NCBI GenBank assembly: GCA_039591655.1
Contig: JBDHDE010000059.1
Span: 1-15,136 of the forward strand
DNA: 15,136 bases
DNA from: Gemmatimonadota bacterium
GTDB lineage: Bacteria; Gemmatimonadota; Gemmatimonadetes; Gemmatimonadales; GWC2-71-9
Direction of reading: 5' to 3'
The position numbers were made by a program, and so were the translations under genes. The notes under the pieces are model-generated. The model ran no database searches, was not told where the DNA came from, and saw only the letters and a program-made list of their open reading frames with translations. Positions 8,620 to 15,136 of this stretch are shown here, piece by piece; position 1 is the first letter of the stretch; the number at the start of each line of letters is the position of its first letter.

Positions 8620-8688
8620 GAAAAGTGTATCCTCATCAAGGCGCGGGCCAACGATCTCATTGAAGCCCGTATTTTACAACAGCACACT

Positions 8689-8717
8689 AATTTAGCCGAC
8701 CTTCGGGGGCCTGTAAA
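8689..8717 (-). promoter_or_regulatory. Putative sigma70-type promoter for rpsO-pnp
   Basis: Minus strand TTTACA (8717-8712), 17-nt spacer, TAAATT (8694-8689). Confidence 0.55.
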
Positions 8718-8725
8718 GTCCGGCC

Positions 8726-9718
8726 ATGACCAGCGATCCGCAGGACCTCGTGGGCCGCACCGTTGGCTCGTACGCCCTGGACCGGCTCATCGGGCAGGGC
8801 GGCTTCGCTTGGGTGTTCGCCGGACGCTCCACTCCCGACGGCGCCGTCGTGGCCCTCAAGGTCCTCAAGCCCCGCTACGGCGGCGACAGGCAGTTCGAGA
8901 GCCGCTTCCGCAACGAGGCACAGGTGGCCTCCGGGCTGCGCCACCCCAACATCGTCCATATACGGGACGTCGTGCAGGCCGACGGGTTCACGTTCTTCGC
9001 CATGGATCTCTATCCGGAGTCCCTGGGGTCGCTGCTGCGGCGGGAGGAGCAGCTGCCGGAGGAGACCGTGGTCCGGATCGCCACCGACCTTACGGCGGGA
9101 CTGGCATACGCCCACGAGGCGGGGTTCATCCACCGCGACATCAAGGTCGACAACGTGCTCCTGCGGGAGGACGGAACCGCGGTCGTCGGCGACTTCGGAA
9201 TCGCCAGGGCTGTCTCGGGCTACGTCTCGGCCACCGGCGTCAACATGACCATCGGCACGCCACAGTACATCTCGCCGGAGCAGGCTCAGGGCCAGGCGCT
9301 GGACGGCCGCAGCGACCTCTACTCCCTCGGCGTGACCCTGTACAAGGCCACCACCGGCGAGGCACCCTTCCGCTCCACCGACTGGTTCGAGTTGGCGCGG
9401 ATGCACGTGGAGGAGAAGCCGCAGCCTCCTCACAAGAAGCGACCCGACATCTCGGCCCGGCTCGAGCGGGTGATCCTGAAGTGCCTGGAGAAGGACCCCC
9501 AGGACCGCTACCCCGACGCCGGGGCCCTGCGCACGGAGCTCAGGGAGATCGCCGACACCCGGCGCGGGACCGAGACGTTCGGTGTGGCACCGCCCAGGAC
9601 CTCGGAGTTCTCTGCCCTGCTGAAGGGCGAGCGCGGTCCCCCGAGGTGGCTCCTGCCGGCAGTGGCGTTGGTGGTGGTCGTCGCGGTGGCGTTGCTCGTG
9701 GTCCTGATCGGCCGGTAG
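8726..9718 (+). CDS. Hanks-type (eukaryotic-like) Ser/Thr protein kinase with a single C-terminal transmembrane anchor
   Basis: Subdomain motifs: IGQGGFAWVF (Gly loop), VALKVLK, FRNEA, HRDIKVDN, DFGIAR, GTPQYISPEQ, SDLYSLGV, DRY. Ends WLLPAVALVVVVAVALLVVLIGR*. Confidence 0.95.
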   Translation: MTSDPQDLVGRTVGSYALDRLIGQGGFAWVFAGRSTPDGAVVALKVLKPRYGGDRQFESRFRNEAQVASGLRHPNIVHIRDVVQADGFTFFAMDLYPESLGSLLRREEQLPEETVVRIATDLTAGLAYAHEAGFIHRDIKVDNVLLREDGTAVVGDFGIARAVSGYVSATGVNMTIGTPQYISPEQAQGQALDGRSDLYSLGVTLYKATTGEAPFRSTDWFELARMHVEEKPQPPHKKRPDISARLERVILKCLEKDPQDRYPDAGALRTELREIADTRRGTETFGVAPPRTSEFSALLKGERGPPRWLLPAVALVVVVAVALLVVLIGR

Positions 9719-9725
9719 CCGCCGG

Positions 9726-11090
9726 TCATCCCCCAATCAGTCGCACGATGTCGTTGGTGAACACCAGCGCCATCAGGGCCAGTAGCATGACCATGCCCAG
9801 CTGCGTCAGCCTGACGCGCGCTTGGAGCGACAACGGCCTGCCGCGCACCCCCTCGATTGCCAGGAACACCAGGTGGCCCCCGTCGAGCACCGGGATGGGC
9901 AGCAGGTTCAGGATGGCGAGGTTCACCGAGAGCAGCGCCATGAAGGTGAAGAGGGCGACCAGCCCCGCCCGGGCAACCTGGCCGGACATCTGACCGATCA
10001 GCACCGGCCCGCCGACCTCCCGGGCCGAGATGTCCCCGAAGATGATCCCCTTCAACGTGAAGAGCACCAGCTCGACGTTTGCCCAGGTCCGGGTCGCACC
10101 CTCCACCACCGCGCCGCCCAGCCCGAACCGGACGCGGACGATCTCGAGCTCCGGCACCCCGAAGCCGATCTGGCCAACCGTGTGGGCCTCGCCGCCCCGG
10201 GGCACCGTGTGCGCTTCCGGTACGACCTCCCGCTGGAATACCTCGGGGCCACGCTGGACCGTCAGAGTGAGGGTGTCCCCCGCCCTGGGCTCCACCCGCG
10301 GCGGGATGTCGTACCACCCGTAGACGGTGTCTCCATCGATGGCCAGCAGCCGGTCCCCCGGCTCGAGCCCCGCTGCGTCAGCCGGAAACCCCGGTGTTAT
10401 GGCCCCGGCCACCGGATCCCACGCCGGCCTGATGGCGGTGGCCACCGCCACCCGCGCCTCCATGTCGGTGCCCCTGATGGGGAGGATGACGGGATCCAGC
10501 CCACCCGCGAAGTCGAACCGCACCCGATCCGAGGTGGGATCGGTGACGGCCAACATGATTTGCTGCCACGAGGTCATGGTGTCGCCGTTCACCCGAATGA
10601 CCTGCGTACCGCGGGGAACGGCGGCCAACGGCTGTGCGGCCGGCGGCAGCCCCTCCACCTCCACCCGCCCGATGGTGGTGGTGGGATCCTCCGCCCGGCC
10701 GTACACGGCCGCGAGGCCCGCGTAGACCAGCCATGCGAACAGCATGTTCATCACTACGCCGGCCGAGATGACGAACACCCTGGCAGGCAGCGACTTGCTC
10801 TCGAACAACTGCTCCGGGGGAAAGTCACGATCGAGAGCCCCCCCCTCCACGCCCGCCATGGCCTCCTGCTCTTCCTTGCTCGCCATCTTCACGTACCCGC
10901 CGAGGGGGAACCAGGCGACGACGTACTCCGTCTCGCCGCGGCGGAACTTCAGCGGCGTGGCCGGTCCGAAGCCGATGGAGAAGCGCGGCACGGCAATGCC
11001 CACCGCCTTGGCGGCCAGGAAGTGACCCAACTCGTGGACGAAGATGAGAACCCCGAGAACGAAGATGAACGCGGCTAGCGTGACGAGCAC
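9726..11090 (-). CDS. rseP: Intramembrane zinc metalloprotease RseP (site-2 protease, M50B) with PDZ domains
   Basis: HELGH zinc motif, FSIGFGP, PLGGYVKM, AGVVMN, two PDZ-like segments, NLLPIPVLDGGH. Follows dxr with a 16-nt overlap. GTG start. Confidence 0.96.
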   Translation of the reverse strand: MLVTLAAFIFVLGVLIFVHELGHFLAAKAVGIAVPRFSIGFGPATPLKFRRGETEYVVAWFPLGGYVKMASKEEQEAMAGVEGGALDRDFPPEQLFESKSLPARVFVISAGVVMNMLFAWLVYAGLAAVYGRAEDPTTTIGRVEVEGLPPAAQPLAAVPRGTQVIRVNGDTMTSWQQIMLAVTDPTSDRVRFDFAGGLDPVILPIRGTDMEARVAVATAIRPAWDPVAGAITPGFPADAAGLEPGDRLLAIDGDTVYGWYDIPPRVEPRAGDTLTLTVQRGPEVFQREVVPEAHTVPRGGEAHTVGQIGFGVPELEIVRVRFGLGGAVVEGATRTWANVELVLFTLKGIIFGDISAREVGGPVLIGQMSGQVARAGLVALFTFMALLSVNLAILNLLPIPVLDGGHLVFLAIEGVRGRPLSLQARVRLTQLGMVMLLALMALVFTNDIVRLIGG

Positions 11091-12220
11091 AACGCCTCCC
11101 CCCGCTCCCGCGCCCAGCGGTCCGCCTCCAGCACCGTCTCCAGCTCCTTGGCCTCACGCACGTCGTGGTCCTCCAGCACGGCCTCGATCATCCCGCCGAT
11201 GCCGCCAAAGGTGATCCGGCCATCCAGGAACGCCTGCACGGCCACCTCGTTGGATGCGTTGTAGACCGCCGGGGCCGTTCCACCGGCGCTCCCGGCCGCC
11301 ACCCCCAGCCGGAAGGCCGGGAAGTCGCGCGCGCGCAGCGGCTCGAAGGTGAGGGGTCCCGCCGCCACGGGGTCGAACCACTGCACCCCGGTGTCGGGCA
11401 CCCGTTCCGGATGGGTTAGGGCATAGAGGATCGGCAGCTCCATGGTGGGGAAGCCCACCTGGGCCAAAACCGAGCCGTCCACGAACTCGGCAAACGCGTG
11501 CACGATCGACTGGGGATGCACCACGACCTCGATGGCGTCATACGCCAACCCGAAGAGGTGGTGCGCCTCGATCACCTCCAGCGCCTTGTTCGCCAGCGTG
11601 GCGCTGTCCACCGTGATCTTCGGACCCATGTCCCACGTGGGGTGCTGCAGGGCCTCGCCCACCGTGGCCTCCCGCAGGCGCTGCACCGGCCACTCGCGAA
11701 ACGGCCCGCCCGAGGCCGTGAGAATGAGGCGCCGCAGCTCCGCCGGCGCCCGTCCCGTCACACACTGCAGCACTGCGCTGTGCTCCGAGTCCACCGGGAC
11801 GATCTCGCCTCTGCCCTGCTCGGCGGCGGCCCGAACCAGGTCCCCCGCCATCACCAGTGTCTCCTTGTTGGCCAGTGCGACACGCTTGCCCGCCCTGAGA
11901 GCGGCGAGGGTAGCCTCCAGACCGGCAGCGCCGACGATGGCGTTGAGCACGATCGCGGCATCGGGGTGGGTCGCCGCCTCGATCAGGCACTCCGCGCCGG
12001 CCTCGACCTTCACACCGCCCCGCTCGCAGCTAGAGCGGCCGCCGTCTACCAGCCCCACGTAGCGCGCGCCCACGGCGGCGGCTTGCTCGCACAGCAGATC
12101 GCCCGAACCGTACGCCGTCAGCGCCACGACGTGGAATCGCTCGCGCTGCCGCTGCAGCACCTGCAGCGCGCTCGTACCGATAGAGCCAGTGGAGCCGAGA
12201 ACGGCCACCCCCTGGCTCAT
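11075..12220 (-). CDS. dxr: 1-deoxy-D-xylulose 5-phosphate reductoisomerase
   Basis: LGSTGSIG, ALANKETLV, PVDSEHSA, LTASGGPFR, HPTWDMGPKITVDSAT, EVIEAHHLF, HPQSIVH motifs. Confidence 0.97.
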   Translation of the reverse strand: MSQGVAVLGSTGSIGTSALQVLQRQRERFHVVALTAYGSGDLLCEQAAAVGARYVGLVDGGRSSCERGGVKVEAGAECLIEAATHPDAAIVLNAIVGAAGLEATLAALRAGKRVALANKETLVMAGDLVRAAAEQGRGEIVPVDSEHSAVLQCVTGRAPAELRRLILTASGGPFREWPVQRLREATVGEALQHPTWDMGPKITVDSATLANKALEVIEAHHLFGLAYDAIEVVVHPQSIVHAFAEFVDGSVLAQVGFPTMELPILYALTHPERVPDTGVQWFDPVAAGPLTFEPLRARDFPAFRLGVAAGSAGGTAPAVYNASNEVAVQAFLDGRITFGGIGGMIEAVLEDHDVREAKELETVLEADRWARERGEALCSSR

Positions 12221-13077
12221 ATGGTCCCGAATACGCTGAGCAGCAGCGCCGCGGCGGGAATCACCCAGTACAGCGAGTCGAACCGGTCGAGCACGCCCCC
12301 GTGACCGGGGAAGAACGTCCCCGAATCCTTCAGCCCGGCCTGGCGCTTGAACAGCGACTCCGCGATGTCACCCACTTGGCCCACCACGGAGATGGCGAGG
12401 CCGAAGACCGCCAGGCGCCACGGGTGAACGGCGACGCCCAGCGGGGCCAGGAGAAGTGCGCCGTAGGCCGGCGCCAGCACGAACGCCCCCACGGCCCCTG
12501 AGATCGCGCCCGCCCACGTCTTGTTGGGACTCAGGACCGGCGCCAGCTTTGGACCCCCGATGGCGGAGCCCCCGGCCATTGCCAGGGAGTCGCTGACCCA
12601 CGTGACGACCAAGGGGAGGAACACCAGCCAGGCGGCCGCCCAATCCGACGGCAGCCGGTCGGAGTGGCGCAACAGCAGCAGGAAGGCCGGGAGCCCCCCG
12701 GTGTACAGCGCGGCGAACACGGTCACGGCTGCCGCCTCCAGCGGCCGCGCCGAGGGTCCTCGGGTCGCCACCGCCGAGGCCACGGCCCCGATGAACCACG
12801 CCGCCGCCCCCAGGGCTACCCAGCGCGGATCCAGCCCGAGGCCTTGGGGGAAGATGGCGAACACCGTGAAGGGAATCAGCGCAGCGCCCACATATCCCAC
12901 CGCCGGCGTCGGTCGCACCCCGGTGCGCGCCGCCAGGGCGTAGAACTCCACCGCCCCCGCCACGGCGAAGATGGCGAGCAAGGTGCTCAGCACCCACCCG
13001 CCCAGGTAGACGAATACCAGCGCGGCCGGGATGGCCACAGCCGCGACGGCGATTCGTCGAATGAGGTTCTGGGACAT
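12217..13077 (-). CDS. cdsA: Phosphatidate cytidylyltransferase (CDP-diacylglycerol synthase)
   Basis: Polytopic membrane protein with KLAPVLSPNKTWAG and GDIAESLFKRQAGLKDSGTFFPGHGGVLDRFDS. ATGA overlap with dxr. Confidence 0.95.
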   Translation of the reverse strand: MSQNLIRRIAVAAVAIPAALVFVYLGGWVLSTLLAIFAVAGAVEFYALAARTGVRPTPAVGYVGAALIPFTVFAIFPQGLGLDPRWVALGAAAWFIGAVASAVATRGPSARPLEAAAVTVFAALYTGGLPAFLLLLRHSDRLPSDWAAAWLVFLPLVVTWVSDSLAMAGGSAIGGPKLAPVLSPNKTWAGAISGAVGAFVLAPAYGALLLAPLGVAVHPWRLAVFGLAISVVGQVGDIAESLFKRQAGLKDSGTFFPGHGGVLDRFDSLYWVIPAAALLLSVFGTI

Positions 13078-13101
13078 CGGGACGGGCGCGGGAAGGCCTG
13101 C

Positions 13102-13668
13102 TCAGACCTCCATTATCTCTTCTTCTTTGCCCTTGACGAGGGAATCGAGTTGTCCGATCGCCTCGTCGTGCAGCTTCTGGATCTCGCCTTCCATGCGGCG
13201 CTTGTCGTCGTCGGAGACGTGCTCGACCTTCTTGATGCCGGCGCGGCCCTCCTCACGCGCGTGACGCACTCCGATCCGACCTTCTTCTGCCAGCTTGTGC
13301 ACCACCCGGACAAGCTCCTTTCGGCGCTCCTCGGTGAGCGGCGGCAGGGGAATCCGGATCAGCGCACCGTCGTTGGACGGATTGAGACCCAGGTCGGATC
13401 CGAGGATCGCCTTCTCCACCGATCCGACCAACGACTTGTCCCAAGTTTGCACCGTGAGGAGCCGGGGCTCCGGCGCGGCCACGGTGGCCACCTGGTTGAG
13501 CGGGAGCTGCTGGCCGTACGCATCCACCTTCACCGTGTCCAGGAGGCTAGTGGTCGCCCTACTGGACCGGATGGTCGCGAGCTCACGCCTGCTATTGTCC
13601 ACGGCGTTCTGCATTTGCTGCTTGGCGTACTTCTTGATCTCGGGCAGAGTATCTGGCAGCGTGCTCAT
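13102..13668 (-). CDS. frr: Ribosome recycling factor
   Basis: [57 protein letters not shown]. Follows pyrH with an ATGA overlap. Confidence 0.97.
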   Translation of the reverse strand: MSTLPDTLPEIKKYAKQQMQNAVDNSRRELATIRSSRATTSLLDTVKVDAYGQQLPLNQVATVAAPEPRLLTVQTWDKSLVGSVEKAILGSDLGLNPSNDGALIRIPLPPLTEERRKELVRVVHKLAEEGRIGVRHAREEGRAGIKKVEHVSDDDKRRMEGEIQKLHDEAIGQLDSLVKGKEEEIMEV

Positions 13669-14378
13669 CGGACGATGGTTCCGACACGCTCACCCCGGAG
13701 GACCCGGGCGACCGCGCCGCGGTTGTTGACGTTCATGACGATGATCGGGAGCCCGTTCTCTTGACAGAGTCCGAACGCGTTGGCGTCCATGACCCGCAGT
13801 CCCTTCACCAGAGCCTCCCGATACGTGAGTTCCGCAATGAACTGCGCGTTGGGGTCCTCCTTCGGGTCGGCCGTGTAGACGCCGTCCACTCCCGTGGCCT
13901 TGATCAACACGTCCGCCTCGATCTCCAACGCGCGAAGCACCGCCGCGGTATCCGTGGAGAAATAGGGGTTTCCCGTGCCGCCGGCGAACAGCACGACCCG
14001 TCCCTTCTCCAGATGGCGCTGTGCGCGCCGCCGGATGTAGGGCTCCGCCAACTCCTCCATGCGAATCGCGGTCATCACCCGAGTCTGCACGTCTTTGCGC
14101 TCGAGGACGTCCTGCAGGGCGAGGGCATTGATGACCGTCGACAGCATTCCCATGTAGTCGGCGGATACCCGGTCCAGGCCTTGCTGGCTGGCCACGGCAC
14201 CGCGGATGATGTTGCCGCCTCCGATGACGAGGCCGAGGTCCACACCGAGCTGGTGCACACCGCGGATCTCATCGGTGAGGCCTTCCACCGCACCGAAATC
14301 GATGCCGAATTCCCGCTCACCGGCGAGAGCCTCGCCGGAGAGCTTGAGCAGTGCTCGCCGGTAGGCGAGCTCCTCCAT
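13665..14378 (-). CDS. pyrH: UMP kinase
   Basis: [55 protein letters not shown]. Start at ATG 14378 (TGATG overlap with the tsf stop); GTG 14381 is an alternative. Confidence 0.97.
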   Translation of the reverse strand: MEELAYRRALLKLSGEALAGEREFGIDFGAVEGLTDEIRGVHQLGVDLGLVIGGGNIIRGAVASQQGLDRVSADYMGMLSTVINALALQDVLERKDVQTRVMTAIRMEELAEPYIRRRAQRHLEKGRVVLFAGGTGNPYFSTDTAAVLRALEIEADVLIKATGVDGVYTADPKEDPNAQFIAELTYREALVKGLRVMDANAFGLCQENGLPIIVMNVNNRGAVARVLRGERVGTIVR

Positions 14379-14980
14379 CACGCGTCTCCGAGCTCGTAGC
14401 GGACGAACCGACTGACGACCACGTTCTCGCCGACCTTGGCGGAGATCTCCTTCACGAGATCACCGACCGTCTTCTTGTCGTCCTTCACGAAGGCCTGGTG
14501 CAACAGGGCGCTCTCCTGGTAGAACTTCTTGAGCTTCCCCTCGACGATCTTGCCCCGAACGTGCTCCGGCTTGCCGGATTCCGCAACCTGCGCGTCGAAT
14601 ATGGCCCGCTCCTGCTCCACGATCTCGGATGGAATGTCCTCGGGTGCCACCGCAATGGGTTTGGCCGACGCGATGTGCATCGCGAGGTCCCGCGCCAGAT
14701 TCTGGAAGTCGTCGGTCCGCGCGACGAAGTCCGTCTCGCAGTTCACCTCCACGAGCACCGCGACCCTGCCGTTGAAGTGCAGGTAGCTGCCGATGGCGCC
14801 CTCCTGGGCACTCCGTCCCGAGCGCTTCTCGGCCCTGGCGATCCCCTTCTTCCGGAGGAACTCCACCGCCTTGTCCAGGTCGCCGCCGGTCTCCTGCAGC
14901 GCCTTCTTGCAATCCATCATCCCCGCTCCGGTCCGGCCGCGGAGCTCACTTACCTCTCTCGCTTTGATCGTCGTTGCCAT
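14378..14980 (-). CDS. tsf: Translation elongation factor Ts (short, about 200 aa form)
   Basis: [47 protein letters not shown]. Start ATG 14980; GTG 14989 is an alternative. Confidence 0.96.
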   Translation of the reverse strand: MATTIKAREVSELRGRTGAGMMDCKKALQETGGDLDKAVEFLRKKGIARAEKRSGRSAQEGAIGSYLHFNGRVAVLVEVNCETDFVARTDDFQNLARDLAMHIASAKPIAVAPEDIPSEIVEQERAIFDAQVAESGKPEHVRGKIVEGKLKKFYQESALLHQAFVKDDKKTVGDLVKEISAKVGENVVVSRFVRYELGDA

Positions 14981-15004
14981 GTTGCCCACCCGTGCCTCGA
15001 TGTG

Positions 15005-15049
15005 AAAACCGCCGCCTCGTGGCTGTGTCGGCAGCCCGTATGGCGGCGG
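15005..15049 (-). terminator. Long GC-rich hairpin with a short U tract between probable rpsB and tsf (weak terminator/attenuator or stabiliser)
   Basis: CCGCCGCC (15009-15016) / GGCGGCGG (15042-15049) outer stem, GGCTG/CAGCC inner stem, followed by TTTT on the minus strand (15008-15005). Confidence 0.5.
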
Positions 15050-15079
15050 CGCGCTTACGCAACCCTCAAGAGCGCCGGC

Positions 15080-15136
15080 CTAGCCCTGTTCCTCGCCTGG
15101 GGCCGCGCCTTCCGCTCCGCCCTCATCGGCCGCGCC
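15080..15136 (-). CDS. rpsB: C-terminal fragment of the upstream gene, probably 30S ribosomal protein S2
   Basis: Frame reads GAADEGGAEGAAPGEEQG* (TAG at 15082-15080), an acidic low-complexity tail. Identity is inferred only from the near-universal rpsB-tsf order; no diagnostic motif is visible. Confidence 0.55.
   Translation of the reverse strand, partial: GAADEGGAEGAAPGEEQG

Noticed and set aside
8476..9993. 505-aa plus-strand ORF overlapping the kinase in another frame, and the 349-aa antisense ORF 8687-9736
   Set aside because: Arg/Gly/Pro-rich off-frame or antisense translation. The 8726-9718 frame carries all kinase motifs.
12510..12535. CdsA motif SPNKTWAG lacking the usual Glu (SPxKTWEG)
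   Set aside because: This position varies in bacterial CdsA, and the main signature KDSG..FPGHGG.LDRFDS is intact.
1..15136. CRISPR arrays, IS elements, integrases, tRNA/rRNA, defence or toxin-antitoxin genes
   Set aside because: None seen. All intergenic gaps are under about 150 nt and the coding space is accounted for by housekeeping genes plus the kinase.

Overview
High-GC bacterial chromosome segment made up almost entirely of conserved housekeeping genes on the minus strand. In transcription order: (3' end of probable rpsB)-tsf-pyrH-frr-cdsA-dxr-rseP-[plus-strand Hanks-type Ser/Thr kinase]-rpsO-pnp-M16 peptidase-ald-mreB-mreC-mreD-mrdA (runs off the left edge). Gene order and protein style suggest a Gemmatimonadota-like organism (inference only). 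I see no mobile elements, CRISPR arrays, tRNA/rRNA genes or defence systems, and I cannot claim a clearly new biological system. The best leads are: (i) a sensor-less, tail-anchored Ser/Thr kinase sitting antisense between rseP and rpsO, apparently leaderless, with a promoter that interlocks with the rpsO promoter; (ii) a signal-dense ald-mreB intergenic region with a perfect (GGGGCC)4 G-quadruplex-type repeat, a TAAGT-N15-ACTTA palindrome over the -35 box, a direct repeat and a leader hairpin; (iii) no uppS at its usual position between frr and cdsA; (iv) a candidate S15 autoregulatory leader paired with a divergent S15 RNA-binding motif; (v) a Cys3His Zn-site variant in PBP2.
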